Shown here piece after piece: positions 31,402 through 41,575 of a stretch of 64,000 bases of DNA. The stretch comes from Obrimoposthia wandeli (lineage: Eukaryota). The notes under the pieces are model-generated. The model was not told the origin of the DNA and did not search any database. It worked only from the letters and a program-made list of their open reading frames with translations. Both the position numbers and the translations under genes were made by a program. The stretch covers positions 1-64,000 of the forward strand of contig CDROCS010002357.1 of NCBI GenBank assembly GCA_977020255.1, given 5' to 3'. Positions within the stretch are counted from its first letter, which is position 1. Each line of letters opens with the position of its first letter.

Positions 31402-32418
31402 ATGAAAAAACTATTACCTATTGCAGTTAGTCTTGCAGCTTTAACTGCTATGAATGTATCTGCTTCGACGCTTGAAGATGTTCAAGCGCGTGGTGTTTTA
31501 AAATGTGGTGTATCTACAGGTTTGGCTGGCTTTGCAACGCCGAACGATAGTGGACAATGGGAAGGTCTTGATGTGGATCTTTGTCGTGCAGTTGCCGCAG
31601 CTGCGTTAGGTGATTCAGAAAAAGTTGAATATGTTCCTCTTACATCAAAAGTTCGCTTTGAAGTGTTGAAGTCAGGTGAAATTGATGTTTTATCTCGTGT
31701 AACAACATGGACTTATACGCGTGACGCAAGTTTAGGTTTGAACTTCGCTGGTGTTAACTACTATGATGGACAGGGCTTCATGGTTCCTAGTTCATTAGGT
31801 GTTACCTCAGCAAAAGAATTAGACGGCGCATCTATATGTATTCAAACGGGTACAACAACAGAACTTAATGCCGCTGAATACTTTAAATTGAACGGTATGT
31901 CTTACGAGCCAGTACCTGTAGAGACTTCAGCTGAAGGTCGTCAAAACTATATTGCCGGTCGTTGTGATGTTTATACAACAGATGCTTCTGCACTTGCTGC
32001 ACAGCGTTCAGTTTTTGAAGATCCAACTGCACACGTAGTGCTTCCAGAAATTATTTCTAAAGAGCCTCTAGGACCTGTTGTACGCCACGGTGATGATCAA
32101 TGGCTTGACATTGTTAAGTGGAGCCACAACGTAATGTTGAACGCTGAAGAGTTAGGTATTAACTCTAAGAACTTAGATGAGCGTGGTGCCAATGCTGCTG
32201 ATCCTGCTGCACAAGGCATGCTAGGAACTAATACTTCAAAATTAGGAGCTATGTTAGGTCTTGATAAGAAATGGGCTTATAACATTATTAAGCAAGTTGG
32301 TAACTACAGTGAATCTTTCGAACGTAATGTTGGTAAAGAGACAGCATTGAAATTAGATCGAGGCCTAAATGCTCTATGGACTAATGGCGGCATTCAATAC
32401 GCTCCACCATTGAAGTAA
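31402..32418 (+). CDS. aapJ: general L-amino-acid ABC transporter substrate-binding protein
   Basis: Signal peptide; GVNYYDGQGF, ISKEPLGP, VGNYSE.F.RN, GLNALW..GG.QYAPP. Confidence 0.93.
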   Translation: MKKLLPIAVSLAALTAMNVSASTLEDVQARGVLKCGVSTGLAGFATPNDSGQWEGLDVDLCRAVAAAALGDSEKVEYVPLTSKVRFEVLKSGEIDVLSRVTTWTYTRDASLGLNFAGVNYYDGQGFMVPSSLGVTSAKELDGASICIQTGTTTELNAAEYFKLNGMSYEPVPVETSAEGRQNYIAGRCDVYTTDASALAAQRSVFEDPTAHVVLPEIISKEPLGPVVRHGDDQWLDIVKWSHNVMLNAEELGINSKNLDERGANAADPAAQGMLGTNTSKLGAMLGLDKKWAYNIIKQVGNYSESFERNVGKETALKLDRGLNALWTNGGIQYAPPLK

Positions 32419-32520
32419 TAATTATAAAGTAAAATAGTAGCGAGCTCATTTTTATAAGGTTGATTAATTCAACATATAAGAATAGAGCTCGTTTTTTTTA
32501 ACTTATTTTAGGTTGTCTAT

Positions 32521-33714
32521 ATGAGCGGCATACAAACTCAAGAGAAGAAGACCGTGACACTAGGCTCAATATGGAGAGATAAGAAATCGCGTGGCGTTAT
32601 TTTGCAAATAATCGCTGTGATAGGTATTTTATTATTTCTTGGTAACATATTCTCCAATACTGTTGAAAACTTAGACCGATTAGGGGTAAAAGTTGGATTC
32701 GATTTTTTGGATGAGCCTGCCAATTACGATATAAACCAAACCTTAATAGATTACGATAGTTCAGACTCTCACTTTAGAGCCGGGCTAGTGGGCTTACTTA
32801 ATACATTATTAGTAGCAGCTTGCGGTATTGTTGTCGCTACCATTTTTGGCTTTACAGCAGGTGTATTACGATTATCAAATAATTTTGTTTTATCCCGGTT
32901 AATGCAAGTTTATGTGGAGCTTACTCGTAATATTCCCGTTTTGTTGCAAATATTACTGTGGCACGGAATTATTATTCATTCGTTACCAGTGCCGAAAAAA
33001 GCAGAGGCTTTCGTTGAAGGTGTGTTCTTAACCAATCGTGGGGTATTCCTGCCACAGCCTATTCCTCAAGAAGGTTTTGGTTGGGTTTGGGTTGCACTAC
33101 TGTTAGGTATTGTCATAGCTGTAGCCTTTAAGAGATATGCTAATAAGATTCAAATAGAAACAGGTAAGTTGTTACCTGCAATTTGGATTGGAGCTGCTGT
33201 TGTTATAGGTTTGCCACTTATTGCATTTTTGCTGTTAGGCGCGCCAGTTGAAATTAGTTATCCTGCACTTAAAGGCTTTAATTTCAAAGGTGGTTTTGTA
33301 GTTAAACCAGAATTTATGGCGCTTTGGTTTGCTCTGTCGATCTACACAGGGGCTTTTATAGCAGAAATCGTACGTGCAGGTATTCAGTCGGTTGACCACG
33401 GACAAACTGAAGCTGCGCATGCTTTAGGTATTAGACCCAACTTTACTATGCGTCTAGTTGTTATCCCTCAGGCAATGCGGGTGATAATACCACCGCTAAT
33501 TAGTCAATATTTGAACTTGACTAAAAACTCTTCTTTGGCTATAGCAATAGGTTATATGGACCTGGTGGCAACGATAGGTGGGATATCTCTTAATCAAACA
33601 GGTAGAGCATTAGAAAGTATGGGGATAGTATTAAGTGTTTATCTCTTTATTTCTCTTATTATATCTTTATTGATGAATATCTATAATAAACGTGTTGCGT
33701 TGGTATCGAGGTAA
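32521..33714 (+). CDS. aapQ: amino-acid ABC permease
   Basis: RNIPVLLQ, AEIVRAGI, QYLNLTKNSSLA. Confidence 0.92.
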   Translation: MSGIQTQEKKTVTLGSIWRDKKSRGVILQIIAVIGILLFLGNIFSNTVENLDRLGVKVGFDFLDEPANYDINQTLIDYDSSDSHFRAGLVGLLNTLLVAACGIVVATIFGFTAGVLRLSNNFVLSRLMQVYVELTRNIPVLLQILLWHGIIIHSLPVPKKAEAFVEGVFLTNRGVFLPQPIPQEGFGWVWVALLLGIVIAVAFKRYANKIQIETGKLLPAIWIGAAVVIGLPLIAFLLLGAPVEISYPALKGFNFKGGFVVKPEFMALWFALSIYTGAFIAEIVRAGIQSVDHGQTEAAHALGIRPNFTMRLVVIPQAMRVIIPPLISQYLNLTKNSSLAIAIGYMDLVATIGGISLNQTGRALESMGIVLSVYLFISLIISLLMNIYNKRVALVSR

Positions 33715-33718
33715 TATT

Positions 33719-34846
33719 ATGTCTACAGAAACTAAAGAATATCCGATAGGAATGCATCCGCCTTTACCGCCACCGTCAGGGACTGTTGGTCCTGTAAAAT
33801 GGATGCGCGATAATTTATTTTCCTCGACTTCAAATTCAGTATTGACTCTACTTGGTCTATATCTGATTTATATCATTGTGCCTCCTTTCGTGGAATGGGC
33901 CTTTATCGACTCTGTTGTATTTGGCGCTGAAAGTCGCAAAGAATGCTTGAAAGCGATGGGTGATGATCGGGGTGCATGTTGGTCGTTCGTTTATAAAAGA
34001 TGGGGTCAATTTGTCTATGGATTCTATCCGGTAGAAGAGCGCTGGAGAGTGAATGTCGGTTTTATCTTAGCAGCCTTAACGATCGCCATTGTACTTGTTG
34101 AGAAACTACGCGCTAAGAAACCGTTTCTAATGGCGGCTATCTTGTTCCCTATTATTAGCTTTTTCTTGGTAACCGGCGGAAGTTTCGGTTTAGCTGAAGT
34201 ACCGACTAACAAATGGGGTGGGATTTTATTAACGTTAATTGTTGGTTTCACTGGTATTTTCGTCTCTTTGCCTATCAGTATATTGTTAGCGTTGAGCCGT
34301 ATATCTAAACTGCCAATTTTTTCTTTCTTTGCAACAATGTTCATTGAGTTTATCCGTGGCGTACCACTGATTACTTTATTGTTTATAGCATCAACTTTAC
34401 TATCTTACTTCTTACCTCCAGGATCTAACTTTGATTTATTACTACGTGTATTAATCATGGTTACACTCTTTTCAGCTGCTTACATTGCCGAGGTTATTCG
34501 TGGTGGTTTAGCGGCTATTCCTACGGGACAATATGAAGCAGCAGACGCATTAGGACTGTCATATTGGCAGAGTATGCGGCTTATCATACTTCCACAGGCA
34601 TTGAAAATTTCAATTCCAGGCATAGTAGGAAGTTTTATTGGTCTGTTCAAAGATACCACGTTAGTTGTAATTATCGGCCTACTGGATCCATTAGGGATTG
34701 GTATGGCAGCAATTTCCACTACAGAGTGGGCAGGGTTAAGTACAGAATTATATGTATTTATTGGTTTGTTCTTCTTCATTTTCTGCTTTAGCATGTCTCG
34801 CTATAGCCTACATTTAGAGAAGAAGTTACATACTGGACACAAATAG
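33719..34846 (+). CDS. aapM: amino-acid ABC permease
   Basis: IRGVPLITLLF, AEVIRGG, LFKDTTLV. Start taken at MSTETK. Confidence 0.92.
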   Translation: MSTETKEYPIGMHPPLPPPSGTVGPVKWMRDNLFSSTSNSVLTLLGLYLIYIIVPPFVEWAFIDSVVFGAESRKECLKAMGDDRGACWSFVYKRWGQFVYGFYPVEERWRVNVGFILAALTIAIVLVEKLRAKKPFLMAAILFPIISFFLVTGGSFGLAEVPTNKWGGILLTLIVGFTGIFVSLPISILLALSRISKLPIFSFFATMFIEFIRGVPLITLLFIASTLLSYFLPPGSNFDLLLRVLIMVTLFSAAYIAEVIRGGLAAIPTGQYEAADALGLSYWQSMRLIILPQALKISIPGIVGSFIGLFKDTTLVVIIGLLDPLGIGMAAISTTEWAGLSTELYVFIGLFFFIFCFSMSRYSLHLEKKLHTGHK

Positions 34847-34859
34847 ATAGGAGCCACCC

Positions 34860-35609
34860 ATGGCGAATAATAATGAAAAGCCTGCAATCACACTGTCAGG
34901 CATGCACAAATGGTACGGCGATTTTCATGTACTACGCGATATAAATTTAGAAGTTAAAAAAGGCGAAATTATTGTAGTTTGTGGTCCTTCTGGATCAGGA
35001 AAATCTACCATGATTCGTTGTATCAACCGTTTAGAGGAACATCAGCAAGGTCAAATTATAGTTGATGGTATCGAGCTAACTAACGATATTAAAAAAATTG
35101 ATGAAGTACGTAGAGAAGTTGGTATGTGCTTCCAGCACTTTAACTTATTTCCTCATTTAACTATTTTGGAAAATTGCACTTTAGCTCCAATTTGGGTGAG
35201 AGGAACTCCTAAGAAAGAAGCTGAAGAAATAGCGATGCATTTCCTTGAAAAGGTTAAGATTCCCGATCAAGCTTTGAAATATCCAGGGCAGTTATCTGGT
35301 GGTCAGCAACAACGTGTAGCGATTGCTCGCTCTCTTTGCATGAAACCTAGAACAATTTTGTTTGATGAGCCTACATCTGCATTAGACCCTGAAATGATTA
35401 AAGAAGTATTGGACGTAATGGTTGAGCTTGCGGATGAAGGCATGACGATGATCTGTGTTACTCACGAAATGGGCTTCGCACGTAAAGTTGCAGATAGAGT
35501 TATCTTTATGGATGCAGGTCAAATTGTGGAAGAGAATACTCCAGCAGAATTCTTTGATAATCCTCAAAATGAAAGAACTCAGTTGTTCTTGAGTCAAATA
35601 TTGCACTAA
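34860..35609 (+). CDS. aapP: amino-acid ABC ATPase
   Basis: [27 protein letters not shown]. Confidence 0.94.
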   Translation: MANNNEKPAITLSGMHKWYGDFHVLRDINLEVKKGEIIVVCGPSGSGKSTMIRCINRLEEHQQGQIIVDGIELTNDIKKIDEVRREVGMCFQHFNLFPHLTILENCTLAPIWVRGTPKKEAEEIAMHFLEKVKIPDQALKYPGQLSGGQQQRVAIARSLCMKPRTILFDEPTSALDPEMIKEVLDVMVELADEGMTMICVTHEMGFARKVADRVIFMDAGQIVEENTPAEFFDNPQNERTQLFLSQILH

Positions 35610-35623
35610 TATACAGCTCATTT

Positions 35624-35652
35624 AAAAAGCCATCATTTTGATGGTTTTTTTT
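35624..35652 (+). terminator. Rho-independent terminator of the aap operon
   Basis: AAAAAGCCATC-ATTTT-GATGGTTTTTTTT. Confidence 0.8.
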
Positions 35653-35662
35653 AACTAAAAAT

Positions 35663-36944
35663 CACTAGTGTCCGGCTTAAAAAAGATGTGAAGCTATAGA
35701 GCTTTAACCACGGGGATTACAGTAAAATAGTGTTAACTAGACAGCTATTTTCCAAACCTGAGGTTAAGCGTGAAACATTCTAACAGCATTTTCAATCAAC
35801 TTTTAAAATTTATTCCCCGTCATACTTTTCAAAAAGTGGTTGATCGACATAACGGCGATTACCGGACGCGCACTCTTTCATGCTGGGATCAATTGGTTGT
35901 TCTGCTCTTTGCGCAGCTTAATAGCCAGACTTCATTAAGAGCAATTGAAACGACCTTTAACAGCCAAAGATCTAAACTTTATCACTTAGGCACAAGCCCT
36001 ATTAGCCGCTCATCTTTATCGGATGCTAACGGTAACCGGCCAACTGAAATTTTCAGTGAAACGTTCTATTATTTGCTCAATAAAGTGCGTTCAAAACTTC
36101 CTCAAGTTGATACTAGCCAGATGATAAGGTTGATTGACTCGACCACGATTGATTTGAATCTTAATCAGTTTAAGTGGGCAACGTTTCGTTCAAAGAAGGC
36201 CGGGATAAAGCTGCATACCGTGTATGACCCTACTGCAGCAGTCCCTGTATACTTTTCTTTAACTGAAGCCAAAACTAACGATGCTAAAGAATTGAATAAT
36301 TTACCGATGATGTCAAATACGACCTATGTTGTTGATCGAGCATATAATAATTACAGCTGGTTTTATTCTCTGGATCAGGATAACTCTAGGTTTGTCGGTC
36401 GAATGAAGACAAACACTTGTTATAAAGTGGTGAAAACAAGGGCTTCTATTGGTATGGGGGTCGTTGCAGATGAAATTATCCGCCTAAGCAGTGCCAAAGG
36501 AAAGAAGGATTGCCCAATTGATTTACGCCGTGTCAGCTTCGTTCGAGAAGAAGATCAAAAAGAGCTCGTATTTATCACCAATGATTTATCGCGTTCAGCG
36601 GTTGAGATCGCTGCATTATATAAACAGCGTTGGGAAATAGAGCTGTTCTTTAAATGGATCAAACAGAACCTCAAGATAAAGCGCTTTATCAGCCAAAATA
36701 GAAACGGGGTGATGATTCAGGTCTTGGTAGCACTCATCTCTTACCTGCTTTTAAAGCTGACGCAGTTAACCCATTTAAGTAAGCAAACACTCTATCAGAT
36801 CTGTCTAATAATCGGTGCAAATTTGATGGAACGTAGAGACATAATGGAGCTTCTAAATCCCTGCTCTGAACGGCTAAAATTAGACAAAAAAAGCGTGGAA
36901 CATAGGCAATATGATTTATTAAAATACTTAACCGGACACTAGTG
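35663..36944 (+). mobile_element. IS4-family insertion sequence (1282 bp)
   Basis: Perfect 13-bp TIR CACTAGTGTCCGG; 9-bp TSD ACTAAAAAT at 35654-35662 and 36945-36953. Confidence 0.95.
35770..36942 (+). CDS. IS4-family DDE transposase
   Basis: IDSTTI, VVDRAY, YKQRWEIELFFKWIK (YREK motif). Stop codon lies inside the right TIR. Confidence 0.95.
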   Translation: MKHSNSIFNQLLKFIPRHTFQKVVDRHNGDYRTRTLSCWDQLVVLLFAQLNSQTSLRAIETTFNSQRSKLYHLGTSPISRSSLSDANGNRPTEIFSETFYYLLNKVRSKLPQVDTSQMIRLIDSTTIDLNLNQFKWATFRSKKAGIKLHTVYDPTAAVPVYFSLTEAKTNDAKELNNLPMMSNTTYVVDRAYNNYSWFYSLDQDNSRFVGRMKTNTCYKVVKTRASIGMGVVADEIIRLSSAKGKKDCPIDLRRVSFVREEDQKELVFITNDLSRSAVEIAALYKQRWEIELFFKWIKQNLKIKRFISQNRNGVMIQVLVALISYLLLKLTQLTHLSKQTLYQICLIIGANLMERRDIMELLNPCSERLKLDKKSVEHRQYDLLKYLTGH

Positions 36945-37949
36945 ACTAAAAATAATCAATTATTAGAAGAGTGGTAAGAACTGGTAAATATGCTTTACTT
37001 AGTATTAATAAATAAAAACGTTAGTAGTAGTGTAAAGATATTTTTATAGCTAACAAAATACTTAGCTGCAAAACTGGTTTAATAATAGACAATATGTGAA
37101 TCTATTGATATTTACATTCAGGGCGGGTCGCTAAGGGTTGTATAGCTTGGCAGAAGAAACTTTACACATTAAGGTTCTTGCTAGACTTTATGATTAACAG
37201 CCCAGCTAATGGCCGCAGACGCTTGAGTTTTGACGGTTAGATGTGGATTAAACAGCGAAGATGTTAGGAAGCCAATAGAAATGTTACTTCTCAGCTTTTG
37301 CCTTTAATGAGACAAGCTAAAAGCCGTGAATGTTGGTTGGTACGTTTAAAGTCGACTTTCACTTGCTGAAATCTGAATGTTTTTGTTCAAGCAGGTTAAT
37401 GAGCACTTGTATCGAACTGGAATGATTTTATTTAGATTACTAAATTTCACAATGAGAATTTTAACTTCAGAGCTGGATTATAGATTTAACGCAGTAATCT
37501 TTATCGAGCACCCATAGCAAAAGTTTACCTTTAAAAAAGCCTCGCCATTCATCATTATCAGCGATAAACTGAGGCTATATTTATGCAGTGATTCTAGAGT
37601 AATTTAGATTCTATTAATTTAGTTCTTTTTTGACCTGCACAATGACAACAGCTACCTCTAGAAGTAAAAAACTCAGTGAGGGGTCAATTCTTTTGAGGAT
37701 TAAAAGATTTGGATATTGGCAGGAGTCGTTACCGATTAAATAAGTAAGCTAACTAGTTTATAGACATCATAATTTGATAAATACTCCTAGAGTGCACGTT
37801 ATAAATTAATCAATAAGGATTAATAACTAAGTTAGAACAATAAAATCAGTGTTATAGATCAGTACTTCTTCCTTGGTAGTTAGTTTCGAAAAGGTTAGTG
37901 ATATGCCAGGTCAGTTGAAAGTTGTTAAAACAGGTAATAAGGGGCTCTA

Positions 37950-38453
37950 ATGTATAAGATAATATTGTTAATGATTTTTACATTATCTTTCTCAGTGAAG
38001 GTGCTGTCCGCAGATGAGCCCGAGTCAGTGCAAGGATTAGCAATTCTCACAGTATTGGGGGATTTTCAGAAAAATACCAATGGGCTTGGTGTGAAATTTG
38101 ATCGCAAGATGCTGATGTCTTTTAAGCAGGTAACTATAAGTACTAACACACCTTGGACAACTGGGGTAAATAACTTTCAAGGCCCGACTATTGAAGATGT
38201 TCTAAATTCTTTGGGAGCTAATGGCAAAGAGTTAATAGCCACGGCACTTAATGGGTACAAAATATCAATTCCAATGAGTGACATCAAAAAATACCCCGTT
38301 ATTATCGCTTTAAAAAGAAATGGCTTAGTGTTAAGTGTTCGCCAAAAGGGTCCAGGATGGGTGATTTACCCTTGGGATAAATACCAAGAATTAAGTGCTA
38401 CTGTTTATTACACCCGATCAATATGGCAATTAAAATCATTAGAAGTGCGTTGA
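37950..38453 (+). CDS. secreted SUOX-fold (molybdopterin-oxidoreductase-like) protein, PruR-like
   Basis: Signal peptide; motifs TPWT, ALNGY, KGPGWVIYP, SIWQL; no cysteine, so no canonical Mo-ligating Cys; stop lies 1 bp before the kinase start. Confidence 0.75.
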   Translation: MYKIILLMIFTLSFSVKVLSADEPESVQGLAILTVLGDFQKNTNGLGVKFDRKMLMSFKQVTISTNTPWTTGVNNFQGPTIEDVLNSLGANGKELIATALNGYKISIPMSDIKKYPVIIALKRNGLVLSVRQKGPGWVIYPWDKYQELSATVYYTRSIWQLKSLEVR

Positions 38454-38454
38454 A

Positions 38455-41400
38455 TTGCTGTTAGCAAATAATGTGTTTAAACGAATGAAAATTGTTTATC
38501 TCATTTGTGCTTTGATGATTTTAATAACACTGACAGCGCTGGTGTTTGATTTGTTTAAGCTTCAGCAACTTCAAGGAGTTCAAAAGAGGGATGCTAAAGT
38601 TAGCTTGGTATGGTTCCTTACCCAAACAGATCGAGAATCTATAACTTTTCTACAGGATGTTAGTGATTTTTATATCGAAGACAGCAGCCTTTCGAAGCAA
38701 AAGATGCTCACTAGTTTTGATATTTTATGGAGCCGCTTTGACAGTAGTTTAAATGGGCAAATGGAATTTCTAATAAAATCTATCAAGTCAGGCCCAGAAA
38801 TCATTACTGAAATACGCCAATCATTACAGAAATTAGATGATCTAGTACAGTTTTTTGAACCAGGAAATAAGCACAGCTTTCTTGAAATTAACCATTTAAT
38901 GAAAAAAAACTTGCAGCGTTCATACTCCCTAGCTATCAATGCATTGCAAGTACGTCAGCAAGAAAGAAATAATAGATTAGATGCCATCAATGGCTTGTAT
39001 ATACACTTACTATTTACCCTCTTTGCGCTACTTTCATGTGTAGGGATTGCAATTGGCTTATTTCTAAAAAGGAGTAAAGAGCTAAAACATAAAAGTGCTA
39101 TTTTTGAATTGCGTGTCCAAGAGCGTACAGAGCAGCTTAAGCTCAGTAATGAATCCTTATTGGTTGAAGTTCAAGTACGAAAACAAGCTGATTATAGAGC
39201 GCAACAGCTAATTTCTGCCTTTGATCAATCTAACGAAGTGGTTTTTATATTGGATGTGCACAATAATTTTATTTTTTTTAATGAAAGCTTTTTAAGAGTC
39301 AATCCTTTAATCAAGAACTTAATTAAAATAGGAAGTAGTTTTGAAGATTACTTACACTCAGCTGCTACGCAAAATACTGATTTAAGTCACCTAGAAAAAC
39401 TACAATGGAGTGAGCGCTGGTTAGAAGGGTTAGATAGGTCAGATAGTAATTTTGAAGTTTCTTTTGTGAATAGCGTGCAGTTTATTTTTAATATCGATAG
39501 ATTAGATGACGGCTGTGTTATTTCCATAGGCGCTGATATCAGCGCATTAAAAGAAACCCAGAAAGCATTAGAGCTGAGTGAAAGTCGCTTTAGAAACTTT
39601 GCGTTGATTGGTGCTGATTGGTATTGGGAAATGGATCAAGCTTTAGCGCTTACTTTTTTAGCAGGAGGTGTAGAAAGTGTTTCTGGCTATCCACCTATCT
39701 TTTTCGTGGGAAAAAGTCGTGAAGAAGCTTACGGGATAGTTGGTCATGCTAACAAGCGCTCACTGCAGCTATTCTGGGATAAAACAGATAACAGAGAGTT
39801 CTTTCATGAATATGAGACTAAGTGGAAGAGAAAAGATGGCCAAATAGTTACTATCAGCCTCTCAGGAGAACCTAGATACAATGATGCCGGAGATTTTATA
39901 GGCTATATAGGAGCGGGTAGAGATGTAACAGCTCGTTGTTTAGTCGAAGAGCGAGATATGCGTTTATTGACGGCAATTAACAGCCTAAATTTAATGATCA
40001 GTATTTACGACAGTGCTGATAAACTTGTCTTTTATAATCAGGAGTTCGATGATTTCAAAAATAAACTCAATGCTGATTTAGAGATAGGCGTGGGGTTTAA
40101 TACAATTTGGCAATTGTCTTGTGACTACTATGCACAGGAGTTTGGTTTTGATGCTAATTACTGGTATAGCGCAAGATTATCAGCTCACAGAAAACCTGTG
40201 AATAATTTTGTGCTGCCGATAGGAAGTGATAAATACCTAAATGTCTTTGAGCAAATGCTTGATGATGGTGGAGTAATAATCGTCAGTACAGATATCTCTT
40301 CAAGCAAGAAAGCAGAGCAAGAAATTTACCAACTACGAAGTTACTTAGCAAATATAATCGATTCAATGTCTTCTATTTTGATAGCAGTAGATGCTCAATG
40401 CCGTGTTATTCAATGGAATATAGCTGCACAAAATGAAACGCAAATAAGTTTTAATCAAGCTTACCAACAGCAATTAGTCTCTGTCTTTCCGCGATTAAAA
40501 ATTGAACTTGATAATGTCAAAGATGCTATTACTAAAGGAAAAGAAACATCACAATTAAAACGTTTATTTATTAAAGAAGGTAACGCTCATTATGAAGATA
40601 TCATTATTTACCCTTTAATTAGGGGGGAAGAGGCTGGGGCTGTTATTCGTTTAGATAATGTAACAGATCAAGTATTGATATCTGAAGTGATGATCCAATC
40701 AGAAAAAATGCTTTCAGTGGGAGGGCTCGCTGCAGGAATGGCACACGAAATTAATAATCCATTAGCAGGAATGATGCAAACTGCTAACGTTATGACCAAC
40801 AGACTTTGCGATCTTCACATTCAAGCGAATATTGACGCTGCAAATGATGCGGGTATTAGCATCGAAGCTGTTGAACAGTATATGCAGCAACGCGGGATAT
40901 TAAGAATGTTGCACAATATATCGGAATCGGGCAAAAGGGTTGCCATTATTGTGGAAAATATGTTGGATTTCTCTCGTCAAAATGGTGCTATAGCAAGTGA
41001 ACAAAACCTAGCTGAATTATTAGATAAAGCGCTTGAATTATCGGCCACGGATCATAACCTTAAATCCAATTACGACTTTAGAACTATCAAAATTATTAAG
41101 GAATATGAAGAATTTTTACCACTTATTATGTGTGAGTCGGGAAAAATTCAGCAAGTATTTCTTAATATACTTAGAAATGCAGCGCAAGCTATGCAAGAAG
41201 CTTGCGTTGAATGTCCAACGATTATCTTGCGACTCAATTTTGATGAAGCTATACAGCAAGCGATTATCGAAATAGAAGATAATGGACCAGGAATAGCTGA
41301 CGACATAAAACTTCGAGTATTTGAACCTTTCTTTTCAACCAAGAAAGTAGGGCTTGGTACAGGTTTAGGTCTGAGTGTTTCGTATTTCATCATTACCGAA

Positions 41401-41526
41401 AATCACGATGGAAAGTTAAGGGTTGATTCAGTTTTAGGAGAATTCACTAGGTTTAGAATTATGTTACCTAGAATGGGTTTAGATAGTGTCCAAACAACAT
41501 TAGACTACATTCGAACGGTTGAATAA
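38455..41526 (+). CDS. membrane sensor histidine kinase with periplasmic helical domain and ~4 PAS domains
   Basis: Two TM helices flanking ~140 aa containing WFLTQTDRE and FDILWSR; four PAS-like repeats; H-box GMAHEINNPL; N, G1, F, G2 boxes. Confidence 0.9.
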   Translation: MLLANNVFKRMKIVYLICALMILITLTALVFDLFKLQQLQGVQKRDAKVSLVWFLTQTDRESITFLQDVSDFYIEDSSLSKQKMLTSFDILWSRFDSSLNGQMEFLIKSIKSGPEIITEIRQSLQKLDDLVQFFEPGNKHSFLEINHLMKKNLQRSYSLAINALQVRQQERNNRLDAINGLYIHLLFTLFALLSCVGIAIGLFLKRSKELKHKSAIFELRVQERTEQLKLSNESLLVEVQVRKQADYRAQQLISAFDQSNEVVFILDVHNNFIFFNESFLRVNPLIKNLIKIGSSFEDYLHSAATQNTDLSHLEKLQWSERWLEGLDRSDSNFEVSFVNSVQFIFNIDRLDDGCVISIGADISALKETQKALELSESRFRNFALIGADWYWEMDQALALTFLAGGVESVSGYPPIFFVGKSREEAYGIVGHANKRSLQLFWDKTDNREFFHEYETKWKRKDGQIVTISLSGEPRYNDAGDFIGYIGAGRDVTARCLVEERDMRLLTAINSLNLMISIYDSADKLVFYNQEFDDFKNKLNADLEIGVGFNTIWQLSCDYYAQEFGFDANYWYSARLSAHRKPVNNFVLPIGSDKYLNVFEQMLDDGGVIIVSTDISSSKKAEQEIYQLRSYLANIIDSMSSILIAVDAQCRVIQWNIAAQNETQISFNQAYQQQLVSVFPRLKIELDNVKDAITKGKETSQLKRLFIKEGNAHYEDIIIYPLIRGEEAGAVIRLDNVTDQVLISEVMIQSEKMLSVGGLAAGMAHEINNPLAGMMQTANVMTNRLCDLHIQANIDAANDAGISIEAVEQYMQQRGILRMLHNISESGKRVAIIVENMLDFSRQNGAIASEQNLAELLDKALELSATDHNLKSNYDFRTIKIIKEYEEFLPLIMCESGKIQQVFLNILRNAAQAMQEACVECPTIILRLNFDEAIQQAIIEIEDNGPGIADDIKLRVFEPFFSTKKVGLGTGLGLSVSYFIITENHDGKLRVDSVLGEFTRFRIMLPRMGLDSVQTTLDYIRTVE

Positions 41527-41575
41527 GCATCGTAAACCACTGATTTAGTTAATAAAGTACAAAAAGGATTGTAGC

